This document shows positions 8,043 through 17,482 of a stretch of DNA of 64,000 nt, in pieces. How positions within the stretch are numbered: the first letter of the stretch is position 1; each line of letters opens with the position of its first letter. Origin of the DNA: an uncultured Chloroflexia bacterium (GTDB lineage Bacteria; Chloroflexota; Anaerolineae; Promineifilales; UBA4811). A model generated the notes under the pieces. That model was not told the DNA's origin, did not search any database, and saw only the letters and a list, made by a program, of their open reading frames with translations. The DNA lies in contig CAVPPE010000002.1 of NCBI GenBank assembly GCA_963707345.1, positions 1,015,028 through 1,079,027 on the forward strand. The letters are read 5' to 3'. A program made the translations under genes and the position numbers.

Positions 8043-10421
8043 GTGCGGGGCAATCAGTCATGGTATAGTGGAACCGCAATGCGGCCAAAAGTGGCAATCT
8101 TTTTCCGTGGATTCTGGGCCGTGCTTGGCGCCCCCTTCCGCTGGCTGTGGCGCTTCCTCGGCCGGCTTGGGCTGGCAGAGCGCAAGCTGCTGGAGGCAAC
8201 CTGGCGCCGGCTAGGCGTCTGGGGCATCGTGCTGCGGCGCGCCTTGAGCTGGGTTTTGCGCCTGGTTTGGCGGCCGGCCCGCTGGTTGGGGCTAACACTC
8301 TGGCCACCGATCCGCTGGCTGGGCCAACGCATCTGGCGGGGAGTCCGTTGGTTGGCCCCTGTGGTGTGGGAAGAGTTGGGCCGGCTGGGCACGGCCGCGC
8401 GGCGGATGCTGGCAATCATCACCTGGCCGTTGGCCGTGCTCGTTCGGTGGCTCTGGCGCGTCGCGCTCTACCCGGTCCTTTCGCTGCTCCGCGACTGGGT
8501 GCGACAGCGATGGATGGTGGCCGGCCGAAAGGCGCGCTCCCGCTGGGAGCTTTGGCAGGCGAGGCGACGGGTCTTGCGACGCGAACAGCGGGCGCTGGCG
8601 CACAGCAGGCCAGCCGGCACCAGCGCCAGCCACAACCGGATCAGACTGATGGTTGCCATGGGGGTGCTCATCATTGTGCTGAGCTACCTGGTGGTGCGAC
8701 TTGCCGCGGATGGTCGCCTGCCGGCCGAGGCCGGCCCAGTCACACCAGAACAGACCCCTACCACCCGGCCGACCCGCTCGCTGCCCACCACCACTCCTCT
8801 CCCCACCCCCATCCCGGTCACCCCGGCCCCGACGCCTGACCGGCTGGCGGTGGGTGGGAGCGTGGCCTTCGCCTCTCGACACAACGGGCACGACGACATC
8901 TATGCCCTGGCCGTGGGCCGCAGAGAGCCATTTCGCCTCACCGATCACCCGGCCGATGACCGTGACCCGGTCTGGTCGCCGGACGGACTGCAACTGGCCT
9001 TTTGCTCGCGACGGGATGGCAACTGGGAGCTGTACCTGCTGGACATGCTCTCCGGCGAAACGATCCGGCTGACCAACCACATCGCTTTCGACGGCAATCC
9101 CAACTGGTCGCCCGACGGTCAGTGGCTGGTCTTTGAGTCCTACCGTGAGGAAAACCTGGACATCTACATTGTGCCGGCGGCCGGTGGGGAGGTCATCCGC
9201 CTCACCAGCGACCCGGCCCCCGATTACGCGCCAAGCTGGTCCCCCTCCGGCCGGCACATCGCCTTTATCTCCTGGCGGACAGGGAACCCGGATATCCACC
9301 TGCTGCCACTGGACGATGCCCGCGACGAGGCCGCTATCACCATCAGCCGCACACCAGACCTGCTCGAGGACAACCCCGTGTGGCACCCGGGTGGGGAGTA
9401 CCTGGCCTTTGACGGCCGAAGCGGGGATCAGCGATTGGTCTTTGTCCAACCCATGCAGAACAATCTACCCAGCGACCAGCCATTTGTGGTGGCACAGGGC
9501 CGCGAGCCAGCCTGGTCACCCAGCGGCAACGCGCTGCTGTACGCCCACGACAATGCCGGCCGGCACTACTTGCTGGCCAGCGCGGTAAATGGCTGGGGCG
9601 CAGCGCCGGAGGTCTTTGTGGGTGATGCTATGCTCCACTCGCCCAGTTGGCAAGCGGCCGCGCTGCCTCCCATTCTGACCTATGCGGGTGATGATCTGGC
9701 CGGCGACCCGGCCCCTTACCTGGAAACCATCGCCGACCCGGCCGAAGACTCCCCTGCGTATACTCTTGTCACGCTAGCCGAACTGCAAGTCTCTGGCCCA
9801 TACCTCAACGACCGGGTTGACGATTCGTTTGAAGCCTTGCGCCAGCGGATGATCGAGGAGGCCGGCTGGGATTTCTTGGGAACGCTGGACCAGATGTGGG
9901 AGCCGATGGACACAGCCCCGCCGCCTGGGCTGGACGGCCGTAGTTGGAACAAGGCCGGCCGTGCATTCGATATTGGCCGCGAACTCAACCTGGGTCCTCA
10001 GCCTTTGGTGGAAGTGGTGCCAGAACCCGGTGACTGTGACGCGGCGTCCGGGCCGTGCAGCGGGACGGAAACCTGGTGGCGAGTTTTCGTGCGGGCACAA
10101 AGGCAAGATGGCAGCCAGGGCGAACCGTTGCGGGCACGACCGTGGAATTTCCAGGCGCGCTACAGTGGCAACGCCAGCGACTATGAAGCCGGCGGACAGC
10201 CCAAATCAGATATCCCGGCCGGGTACTATGTGGACCTGACCCAACTGGCAGCCGACTATGGTTGGGAGCGCGTGCCTTCCGGCCGAATCTGGCGCACCTT
10301 TTTCCCGGCCGTCCTCTTTTGGCGTTTCGAGAAGCGGGAAGGGCTGACCTGGGAAGAGGCGATGCTGGAGCTTTACACACATAAGGAGCTAAACGAGGCC
10401 TTCGGAGGCTTTGCACCATGA
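8043..10421 (+). CDS. TolB-like PD40 beta-propeller protein with Trp/Arg-rich N-terminal region, one TM helix and an uncharacterised C-terminal domain
   Basis: Repeated PD40 units (DPVWSPDGLQLAF, NPNWSPDGQWLVF, APSWSPSGRHIAF, NPVWHPGGEYLAF). The start is uncertain: GTG 8043, ATG 8079, or ATG 8649 just before the TM helix. Confidence 0.8.
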   Translation: MRGNQSWYSGTAMRPKVAIFFRGFWAVLGAPFRWLWRFLGRLGLAERKLLEATWRRLGVWGIVLRRALSWVLRLVWRPARWLGLTLWPPIRWLGQRIWRGVRWLAPVVWEELGRLGTAARRMLAIITWPLAVLVRWLWRVALYPVLSLLRDWVRQRWMVAGRKARSRWELWQARRRVLRREQRALAHSRPAGTSASHNRIRLMVAMGVLIIVLSYLVVRLAADGRLPAEAGPVTPEQTPTTRPTRSLPTTTPLPTPIPVTPAPTPDRLAVGGSVAFASRHNGHDDIYALAVGRREPFRLTDHPADDRDPVWSPDGLQLAFCSRRDGNWELYLLDMLSGETIRLTNHIAFDGNPNWSPDGQWLVFESYREENLDIYIVPAAGGEVIRLTSDPAPDYAPSWSPSGRHIAFISWRTGNPDIHLLPLDDARDEAAITISRTPDLLEDNPVWHPGGEYLAFDGRSGDQRLVFVQPMQNNLPSDQPFVVAQGREPAWSPSGNALLYAHDNAGRHYLLASAVNGWGAAPEVFVGDAMLHSPSWQAAALPPILTYAGDDLAGDPAPYLETIADPAEDSPAYTLVTLAELQVSGPYLNDRVDDSFEALRQRMIEEAGWDFLGTLDQMWEPMDTAPPPGLDGRSWNKAGRAFDIGRELNLGPQPLVEVVPEPGDCDAASGPCSGTETWWRVFVRAQRQDGSQGEPLRARPWNFQARYSGNASDYEAGGQPKSDIPAGYYVDLTQLAADYGWERVPSGRIWRTFFPAVLFWRFEKREGLTWEEAMLELYTHKELNEAFGGFAP

Positions 10422-11683
10422 AAGCGCGGCCACTGGTCTGCCTGCTGGTCAGCTTGACCACCCTGGCCGGGTGCAAAACACTCCCTTTGCACCAGCAGCC
10501 CCCCACGCTCATGCCGCTGGCAGAATTCCCGGCCGCGGCGCCTGCGGCGGTCAGCTTTCAACGGGCGACCCCCGTGCCTCCAGTCACCCCTTCGCCAGAC
10601 GCTCCTCGCTTGCCAACACCCCTACCCACGCTGATCGCACTTCCCTACCCCGCCGTGGAGCCGGGCATGCGAGCGGCCGATGCAGACCTGCTCTTTGCTG
10701 CCCCCATCCCATCAGCGGCCGAGATCCTGGAGTGGCGGCCGCCTCCGGTCCCCGTTCCCCACTCGCTGCACCCCAACGACCATTATTGGCTGCGCCGCCC
10801 AATCCCCTCCGGCCGGGTGGATTGGGGGTTGGATTGGTATCCGTACGGCGGCAACGGCGGCGGCCGGTGGCGGGTACACCACGGGATGGACTTTCCCAAC
10901 GACCCGGGTACTCCGGTGTTGGCAGCCGGGAATGGCGTTGTGGTGTGGGTTGAAGGGGGTTGGGCACCCAGCTTTTTTGAGGTTGAAGTGACGGTGGAGC
11001 CTGACCCGGAAGCGCCCCCGATTGGCGGCGATGGGCCGGAGATTTACCCTACCAGCGAGTACACTACCACCCGCCGACTTGTTCGGCCGTACGGCAACGT
11101 GGTCATCATCCAGCATGATTGGGGTTGGCAGGGAGAGCCAGTGTACACGCTGTACGGCCATCTATTGGAAATTTTCGTGAGCGAGGGAGAACACGTAGCG
11201 GCCGGCGACCTGGTTGGTGGCGTGGGCAATACCGGCGATTCCACCGGGCCACACCTCCACTTTGAAGTCCGGGTAGGCAGGAACAGCTATGGCGCAACAC
11301 GCAACCCGGCGCTCTGGATTGCGCCATACGAAGGCTGGGGAACGCTGGCCGGCCGGCTGACGACCTCTCGCGGGACGCCCATCCACAACGCGGTGATCGC
11401 TGTTTATCCAATGGACGCGGCCGGCAATTTCAACTCCGACGACGCGGAGACCCGCTATCTCTCAACGTATGCCACCACTCAGCTCAATCCGGATGATTAT
11501 TGGAATGAGAACTTTGTGGTGCCGGACCTCCCGGCCGGTGAGTACCAGGTAGTGGCCTGGGCGGCCGGGAAGACCTTGTATGCGACCGCCACCATCTACC
11601 CAGGCGTCACCTCGTATGTTCGCCTTTTCACCGGGGTGCCCGCCACACCATCACCCACCCCAACTGCAACGCTTATCCCTTGA
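10418..11683 (+). CDS. M23-family metallopeptidase lipoprotein
   Basis: Lipobox LTTLAGC. M23 motifs HHGMDF, GNTGDSTGPHLHFEV. Start overlaps the upstream stop (ATGA). Confidence 0.85.
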   Translation: MKARPLVCLLVSLTTLAGCKTLPLHQQPPTLMPLAEFPAAAPAAVSFQRATPVPPVTPSPDAPRLPTPLPTLIALPYPAVEPGMRAADADLLFAAPIPSAAEILEWRPPPVPVPHSLHPNDHYWLRRPIPSGRVDWGLDWYPYGGNGGGRWRVHHGMDFPNDPGTPVLAAGNGVVVWVEGGWAPSFFEVEVTVEPDPEAPPIGGDGPEIYPTSEYTTTRRLVRPYGNVVIIQHDWGWQGEPVYTLYGHLLEIFVSEGEHVAAGDLVGGVGNTGDSTGPHLHFEVRVGRNSYGATRNPALWIAPYEGWGTLAGRLTTSRGTPIHNAVIAVYPMDAAGNFNSDDAETRYLSTYATTQLNPDDYWNENFVVPDLPAGEYQVVAWAAGKTLYATATIYPGVTSYVRLFTGVPATPSPTPTATLIP

Positions 11684-11743
11684 CAAAACCGAACATGCGT
11701 GCTAAACTCGCCGCAGTTCGATTCGCTAGACAAAGAGGGTAAC

Positions 11744-12823
11744 ATGGCACGTTCGTCTAATTCGGGCAGCGGGGACGCCCGCACTCAAATCTTGGACCAG
11801 ACTATTTCATCCATCATCAAGCGGTTTGGAGATGGCGCCATCATGAAATTGGGTGAGGTGTCCCATATGGATGTGGAAGTCATACCTACCGGCTCGCTCT
11901 CTCTGGACATCGCGCTGGGTGTAGGCGGCATCCCCCGCGGCCGGGTGATCGAGATTTACGGCCCCGAGGCCTCGGGCAAAACCACTATCTGCCAGCACAT
12001 TGTCGCCGAGGCACAAAAGGCGGGCGGGCTGTGCGCCTTTATCGACATGGAACACGCACTGGACCCTACCTACGCTGCCCACTGCGGGGTGGACGTGGAA
12101 AACCTGTACATCGCCCAGCCGGACACCGGCGAACAGGCATTGGAAATTGCCGAAGCGCTGATTCGTTCCGGCACCATGGCCGTCGTGGTCATTGACTCCG
12201 TCGCTGCACTGGTGCCGCGGGCAGAGATTGAGGGCGAAATGGGTGATGCCCACATGGGATTGATGGCACGGTTGATGAGCCAGGCCCTGCGCAAACTCTC
12301 CGGAGCCATCATGCAGAGCAATACCGCCATGATCTTTACCAACCAGCTCCGCGAGAAAATCGGCGTGATGTTTGGCAGTCCGGAAACGACTACCGGCGGT
12401 AACGCGCTCAAGTTTTACGCCAGTGTGCGTTTGGACGTGCGGCGGATATCCAGCATCAAATCAGGAGGGGATGTCATCGGTTCGCGCACGCGCGTGCGAG
12501 TGAAGAAGAACAAAGTGGCGCCTCCATTTGGAGAAGCCGAGTTTGACATCATGTACACCTGCGGCATAAGCAAGGCGGGCGATTTGCTGGACCTTGGCGT
12601 CGAATTGGGCATTATTGACAAGCGCGGCTCGTACTATCGCTACAACGAGGAGTTGATCGGCCAGGGCCGGGAGAACGCCAAGCAGTTTCTGGAAGAAAAC
12701 CCAGAGGCGGCCGCCTCTGTGGAGCAAGGTATCCGTGCCGCAGCGCAACTACCCGGCCGCCACCGGTTGCCAGCACACGATTCCGACGACGACGACAAAG
12801 ATAGCGACAATTCAGACGACTAG
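11744..12823 (+). CDS. recA: Recombinase RecA
   Basis: ATG 11744 (MARSSNS...). Walker [10 protein letters not shown] and canonical RecA core ([41 protein letters not shown]). Acidic tail. Confidence 0.97.
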   Translation: MARSSNSGSGDARTQILDQTISSIIKRFGDGAIMKLGEVSHMDVEVIPTGSLSLDIALGVGGIPRGRVIEIYGPEASGKTTICQHIVAEAQKAGGLCAFIDMEHALDPTYAAHCGVDVENLYIAQPDTGEQALEIAEALIRSGTMAVVVIDSVAALVPRAEIEGEMGDAHMGLMARLMSQALRKLSGAIMQSNTAMIFTNQLREKIGVMFGSPETTTGGNALKFYASVRLDVRRISSIKSGGDVIGSRTRVRVKKNKVAPPFGEAEFDIMYTCGISKAGDLLDLGVELGIIDKRGSYYRYNEELIGQGRENAKQFLEENPEAAASVEQGIRAAAQLPGRHRLPAHDSDDDDKDSDNSDD

Positions 12824-12837
12824 ATTGGTTACCGAAC

Positions 12838-12875
12838 AAAAAAGCCCCGGTCGCTGGCGCGGCCGGGGCTTTTTT
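12838..12875. terminator. Bidirectional intrinsic terminator between recA and the convergent aminotransferase gene
   Basis: A-run 12838-12843. Stem agccccgg (12843-12850) pairs with ccggggct (12863-12870). T-run 12871-12875. Confidence 0.7.
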
Positions 12876-12886
12876 CGTGCAGGCTG

Positions 12887-14104
12887 CTACTGCTGCATTT
12901 CTCGGCAGACCTGGTTCATCACACGCGCCAGTCGCTCAATCCCGATGTGGATTTTTTCCGGTGACATGGCCGAAAAGTTGAGGCGCATGGTGTTCCGGCC
13001 GCGGCCGTCGGGGAAAAAGGCAAAGCCGGGCACAAAGGCTACCTTTTGCTCAAGTGCCTTGTGCAGCAGTTGTTCGGTGTCTATCCCCTCCGGGCAACGC
13101 ACCCAGAGGAACATCCCTCCCTGCGGCCGGGTCCAGTGGACCGTCGGAGGAAAATATTTCTCCATCGCTGCCAGCATGGCATCGCGACGCTCTTTGTACA
13201 CTCGGCGAATCTTTTCCACGTGCCGCTTGAGAATGCCCCTGCTTGCAATGTCGTAGGCCAGCATCTGCACATAGGTTCCGGTGTGCAGGTCGGAGCCTTG
13301 TTTGGCCTGAACCAGCCGGTCCATCACAATTTCCGGGGCAATGATCCAGCCCAGGCGGATGCCTGGAGCCAGCGTTTTGGAAAAGGTACCTAGATATAGA
13401 ACATTCTCTTTGTGCAACGAGATAATCGGGGGGATATCCTCACCTTCGTAGCGCAGCTCGCCATACGGATCATCTTCGATGATGAAAATCTTGTGCCGGG
13501 CAGCAATCTCTACCAGCTTCTGGCGACGCTCCAGAGGCATGGTGGTCCCGGCCGGGTTGTGAAAGTTGGGCAGCACGTAGATAAACTTGACCGGTTCGCG
13601 CTCCAATATCCCTTCCAGCAAGTCTACCTGCATCCCGTCATCATCCAGAGGAATGGTGACAAAGCGCGGTTCGTACGCATTCCAGGCCTGCAGCGCCCCC
13701 AGGTAGGTCGGCGCGCCGGTCAGGACCACATCCCCTGGATTGAGAAACACTTTACCAATCAGGTCCAGGGCCTGTTGCGAGCCATTGGTCAGCAATATGT
13801 TTTCCGGCACGGCCGGAACACCATACTTACTTACCTTGTCCGCCAACCACTCCCGCAGCGGCCGGAAGCCCTCCGACGCGCTGTACTGCAACGCGCGCTC
13901 CGGTGCCTCGTCCAGAACATACGCGCTGGACTCGCGAAACTCCCGCACGGGAAAGACCTCTGGCGCGGGCAACCCACCAGCAAAGGAGATAATGTCCGGT
14001 ATCTCCGTGAACTTGAGCAATTCCCGAATCACCGAGCGCTGCATCCGTCGCGTCCGGTCTGCAAGCACTGCCTCCCAATCCGTCGTCCACTGACCATCAA
14101 GCAT
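12887..14104 (-). CDS. PLP-dependent aminotransferase, class I/II (2-aminoadipate/aromatic type)
   Basis: 405-aa intact ORF. PLP-lysine context LGTFSKTLAPGIRLGW. Conserved blocks ISFAGGLP, NPAGTTM. Confidence 0.85.
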   Translation of the reverse strand: MLDGQWTTDWEAVLADRTRRMQRSVIRELLKFTEIPDIISFAGGLPAPEVFPVREFRESSAYVLDEAPERALQYSASEGFRPLREWLADKVSKYGVPAVPENILLTNGSQQALDLIGKVFLNPGDVVLTGAPTYLGALQAWNAYEPRFVTIPLDDDGMQVDLLEGILEREPVKFIYVLPNFHNPAGTTMPLERRQKLVEIAARHKIFIIEDDPYGELRYEGEDIPPIISLHKENVLYLGTFSKTLAPGIRLGWIIAPEIVMDRLVQAKQGSDLHTGTYVQMLAYDIASRGILKRHVEKIRRVYKERRDAMLAAMEKYFPPTVHWTRPQGGMFLWVRCPEGIDTEQLLHKALEQKVAFVPGFAFFPDGRGRNTMRLNFSAMSPEKIHIGIERLARVMNQVCREMQQ

Positions 14105-14204
14105 GAAAAAGCCTCCTTGGTTCTATTTGAAATGGTACACCGGGCCGGGTATCATTTTTCTACCCCAGGACACCCATCAGAAGAAAAATAAAGATGATAC
14201 TAAT

Positions 14205-14233
14205 TTGCCTTACTAACATTGCGATGCTATAAT
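14205..14233 (+). promoter_or_regulatory. Sigma-70-like promoter upstream of the SufR-like gene
   Basis: TTGCCT (14205-14210), 17-nt spacer, TATAAT (14228-14233), in an AT-rich 300-bp intergenic region. Confidence 0.45.
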
Positions 14234-14403
14234 CAGCCTCGCTGCACAGACAGCATGAAGGTTTTCTGCCCTGAGCAGTTGCTTAATTGGCAAGACACCA
14301 ACATTGTAAGGTGGTTTGCACAGGCCGGCAAATGAGGTATGTAACCATTATATTGGCTACTGCTCACAGATAGCATTAGCCTTGGCAGGATGGGCGTCGA
14401 GCA

Positions 14404-15036
14404 ATGCAATCAAGAAGACACGAGATCCTCAATATTCTAAAGCTGAACGGGGAGGCAACCGTTGACGAACTGGCAACGATGTTGGAGTTGACGCCAGTTA
14501 CCGTGCGCCATCATCTGGATATATTGCGCGCGGATGGGCTGGTGGAAGCCCCGGCCGTGCGCCGTCGGCGCGGCCCCGGCCGGCCGCAGTACGTCTATAC
14601 CCTGACACCGGATGCGGCCGACCAATTCCCGAAGAACTATGACAGCCTAGCAACAGAACTGTTGGATGAAATCAAGACCAGCATGGAGCCGGGTGCCATC
14701 CATACCATCCTGGGGCGTATTGCAGAGAGACGCCTTGGTGAGGCACCTGCCATTGATCCCAACCTCCCAATGGAAAATCGGTTGAACAGCCTGGTTGAGT
14801 ACATGACCCGGAAAGGATTTATTGCCAATTGGGAACACAAAGACGGCAAGTGGTTCATCTATGCCAGCAACTGCCCATACCACAACGCCGCCAAGCAACA
14901 CCCGGAATTGTGCGAGGTAGATCACTTTAACTTTGAACATGTTTCCGGCATGCAGTTGATTTCCCTGCAACGCATCATCGATGGGGCCCACAACTGCACC
15001 TACCAGATTTCTCCCGCCAAGGAAACCAAAACCTAG
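14404..15036 (+). CDS. SufR-like winged-helix regulator with C-terminal Cys cluster
   Basis: N-terminal HTH (ATVDELATMLELTPVTVRHHLDILRADGLV...GRPQYVYTLT). C-terminal C-x12-C-x27-C. Sits next to an Fe-S carrier gene. Confidence 0.6.
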   Translation: MQSRRHEILNILKLNGEATVDELATMLELTPVTVRHHLDILRADGLVEAPAVRRRRGPGRPQYVYTLTPDAADQFPKNYDSLATELLDEIKTSMEPGAIHTILGRIAERRLGEAPAIDPNLPMENRLNSLVEYMTRKGFIANWEHKDGKWFIYASNCPYHNAAKQHPELCEVDHFNFEHVSGMQLISLQRIIDGAHNCTYQISPAKETKT

Positions 15037-15176
15037 CGGAACTGCCTGTGCAGTTCCAAGGTTGTTCGATGTGTGGGTGTTCGGCCGCAGAACGTGCACA
15101 CCCACACACCTTTCCAATCAACCCCACGGGACAAGCAATTGCAGCCCGGCACATTTGCAAGACCGCTTTCTTCTTT

Positions 15177-15205
15177 TTGACAACCCCAACCGACAGTGTT
15201 ACAAT
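15177..15205 (+). promoter_or_regulatory. Sigma-70-like promoter upstream of the IscA-type gene
   Basis: TTGACA (15177-15182), 17-nt spacer, TACAAT (15200-15205). Confidence 0.5.
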
Positions 15206-15220
15206 TTGCCGCGAAATGTT

Positions 15221-15244
15221 GGCCGGGAGGCACCCGGCCGTTTT
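15221..15244 (+). terminator. Terminator-like hairpin in the 5' leader of the IscA-type gene (possible attenuator)
   Basis: ggccggg (15221-15227) pairs with cccggcc (15233-15239), followed by gtttt. Located between the predicted -10 box and the SD AAGGAG (15261-15266). Confidence 0.3.
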
Positions 15245-15273
15245 GCACTGGCACACCATAAAGGAGCATTTGC

Positions 15274-15636
15274 ATGACCACGACCACCGACGTTGAGACC
15301 AAGCAAGTCATCACCATCACCGCAGAGGCGGCCGCAAACGTCCGTCAGTTACTGGAAGAGCGCAGCCTGACAGATCACAGCCTGCGCGTGTACGTAGCCG
15401 GCATCGGCTGCTCCGGCCCGCAGTACGGACTTGCTTTTGATGACAACCCGCGCGAAACAGACACGGTTATCGAAACCGAAGGGCTTTCCATCCTGGTTGA
15501 CCCCAATAGCCTGGTTTATCTGGAGGGCGCCATTGTTGATTTTGTTGAGACGCCGCAGGGTGCTGGTTTCAAGATTGAGAACCCCAACCCGGTGGCAACC
15601 GCGGCCTGCCATTCCTGCGCCGGCTCCTGCGAATAA
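15274..15636 (+). CDS. HesB/IscA-family A-type Fe-S cluster carrier
   Basis: VAGIGCSGPQYGLAFD core plus C-terminal Cys residues (CHSCAGSCE). The tail is atypical compared with the usual C-G-C motif. Confidence 0.8.
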   Translation: MTTTTDVETKQVITITAEAAANVRQLLEERSLTDHSLRVYVAGIGCSGPQYGLAFDDNPRETDTVIETEGLSILVDPNSLVYLEGAIVDFVETPQGAGFKIENPNPVATAACHSCAGSCE

Positions 15637-15657
15637 CAACAGGCTTATCCACCGAAA

Positions 15658-17058
15658 ATGAGATTGTTCAGACCTTCCGAGCGCCTGAACAAGAATTTGT
15701 GGCTGGACCTGGGCGATCTGGGTGACCTGGTACACCCACACGGCCCGCACGAGCAGTGGCAAGACCACGGACTGGGCTTGTTGCGGACTACCTTGCATCA
15801 GAACGGGGTTGAGACCGACATCTATTCCACCCGGCTGGCGACATCCTGGAAAGAGGTCCGCAAGCAGGTAGCAGGATACGAAACGGTCCTGATGAATGTG
15901 CGCAGCTACACCTTTCCCGTCGCGTTTCGATCTGCGCAGATATTCAAGCAGGTCAACCCGGCCGGCAAAGTCATCGTGGGCGGCATGCATGCCACAGTGG
16001 CGCCGGACGAGATGGCCGAGGTCGAACTATTCGATCACATTGTGCAGGGCCCGGGCGAGAATACCATTGTCGATCTGGTCCGAGATCCCCAATCCTTCCC
16101 GCGAGTCGTGCTTGCGCGCGGGGCCAAGTCGATGGCAGATTGGCCAATGATCGATCGCCGGCTGTGGCCCAAACCGCACAAAAATCTGGCCAGGAAATTC
16201 CCCTGGCCGCTGGAACCGGAGTGTGGTTGGGGTCCTGGCCCGGTGGTGACTTTGCTCACCAGTCGTGTCTGCCCGTGGCGCTGCGTCTTTTGCAACGAGT
16301 CTTCCTACATTCCCAACATGGGCCGCCGGCCGGTGGACGCGATCATCGAGGAACTCAACTACCTGGACGAGACCTATGGGCCGATCGGTTCGCTGGTCAT
16401 TCACGACTCGATGTTTTTCCAGCACCCCAAGTGGCTGCGCGAGTGGCTGGACAAATACCCGCGCAAGGCCCACAAGGTGTGGCCCTACTGGGCGGCCGCG
16501 CGAGCCGATTCGGTGCGGGAATGGCCGGACCTGTTTGAAGCGCTGGTGCGGGAAACGCGCTGGAACCTCATCTCCATTGGGTTTGAGTCTGGCAGCGACC
16601 GCGTGCTGCGCATCCTCAACAAGGAATGCACGGTGGATGACAACTATTTCGCTATCGATCTACTGAACCGGATTGCCGGCGAGATGGAGGCCGAGGGTAA
16701 AGAGGCGCCGCGCTTTTGGACCAACATCATGTTGGGCATCCCGGGCGAGACTCACGAGGACGCGTTTGAGACGATGCGGATGGTCAAGTACATGGCCCAT
16801 CGCTCGCTGCCATCCATTTCGTTTTATGCCCCCTACCCCGGCTCTGCGCTTGGCTACCAACTGATTGCCGAGGGCAAGAGCTTGATGACCAAGGAAAACT
16901 ACCACCGCTTCCCGGACGACGAAAAGGTGATCGGCATCGACTATCAGTTTTACCGCGACCTGCTGGCTGGCAAGTATGACAGCGAGGTCAGTCGCGGGCT
17001 GGATCGCATTGCACGGGAACGAAGCGGCGTCTTTCAGGAAGCCCTGGTCAAGGCCTGA
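15658..17058 (+). CDS. B12-binding-domain radical SAM enzyme (class B type)
   Basis: N-terminal B12-binding-like region (VIVGGMHATVAPDE). Radical SAM motif CPWRCVFC (CxxxCxxC). ISIGFESGSD block. Confidence 0.85.
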   Translation: MRLFRPSERLNKNLWLDLGDLGDLVHPHGPHEQWQDHGLGLLRTTLHQNGVETDIYSTRLATSWKEVRKQVAGYETVLMNVRSYTFPVAFRSAQIFKQVNPAGKVIVGGMHATVAPDEMAEVELFDHIVQGPGENTIVDLVRDPQSFPRVVLARGAKSMADWPMIDRRLWPKPHKNLARKFPWPLEPECGWGPGPVVTLLTSRVCPWRCVFCNESSYIPNMGRRPVDAIIEELNYLDETYGPIGSLVIHDSMFFQHPKWLREWLDKYPRKAHKVWPYWAAARADSVREWPDLFEALVRETRWNLISIGFESGSDRVLRILNKECTVDDNYFAIDLLNRIAGEMEAEGKEAPRFWTNIMLGIPGETHEDAFETMRMVKYMAHRSLPSISFYAPYPGSALGYQLIAEGKSLMTKENYHRFPDDEKVIGIDYQFYRDLLAGKYDSEVSRGLDRIARERSGVFQEALVKA

Positions 17059-17061
17059 TCG

Positions 17062-17268
17062 ATGAGCAGCTTTACCAATCCCCACCAGATGTACCTGTTC
17101 AGCATGAAGAACGGAAAAAAAAAGCTGGCCTATGGGATCGACCCGGCCGACGCATGGGAAGTGCTCAACTTTCGGCTATCGGCCGACGAATTGGAACAGG
17201 TCATCCGCGACGAGTGGATCAAGATCTCGCCACGTGACATCCAGCAGTACGTCCATCTGATTGGCTGA
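17062..17268 (+). CDS. Hypothetical 68-aa protein, 3 nt downstream of the radical SAM gene
   Basis: Codon usage looks like coding sequence and the gene is tightly coupled to its neighbour. No recognisable motif. Confidence 0.4.
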   Translation: MSSFTNPHQMYLFSMKNGKKKLAYGIDPADAWEVLNFRLSADELEQVIRDEWIKISPRDIQQYVHLIG

Positions 17269-17314
17269 CCCAACCTCCCGCAGCGCAAGTCAGCAGGAGG
17301 TTATTCTTTCCCCT

Positions 17315-17482
17315 ATGAAGCTCTCCCCCAGCCAAGCAAAGGCATTGGTCGCTCTGGCGGCCGGGCAACTCCTCAAGTCTCACCGTTACCTGGACGGCCG
17401 CAAAGCCTATCGGCTGCACGCGCCCGACAACACGCTAGTGAAAACGATCGGCCGAACTGCGGTGGCGGCGCTCTTCCAGTAG
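17315..17482 (+). CDS. Hypothetical small protein; the frame continues coherently past an in-frame TAG to 17584
   Basis: ATG 17315 preceded by AGGAGG (17295-17300). TAG at 17480-17482. The next 33 codons read DLIYTNHKFPAANYHLTPRGRAIVDYLANHTNC and end at TAA 17582-17584. Confidence 0.35.
   Translation: MKLSPSQAKALVALAAGQLLKSHRYLDGRKAYRLHAPDNTLVKTIGRTAVAALFQ

Noticed and set aside
8292-9449. Long antisense or off-frame ORFs opposite real genes. Examples: 8292..9449 (-), 35540..36742 (+), 38301..39428 (-), 42905..44098 (+), 47952..49013 (+), 55670..56782 (+), 60850..62655 (+), 23657..24622 (-), 27970..29034 (+).
   Set aside because: Their translations are Arg/Pro/Gly/Ala-rich low-complexity strings without motifs. 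Each fully overlaps a gene with clear family signatures on the other strand or in another frame. These are typical shadow ORFs of GC-rich DNA.
17062-17268. The 68-aa ORF as a RiPP precursor for the adjacent radical SAM enzyme.
   Set aside because: The sequence is charged and helical throughout. It has no Cys/Ser/Thr-rich core, Gly-Gly or similar leader cleavage motif, or repeats. Nothing in the sequence supports a precursor role.
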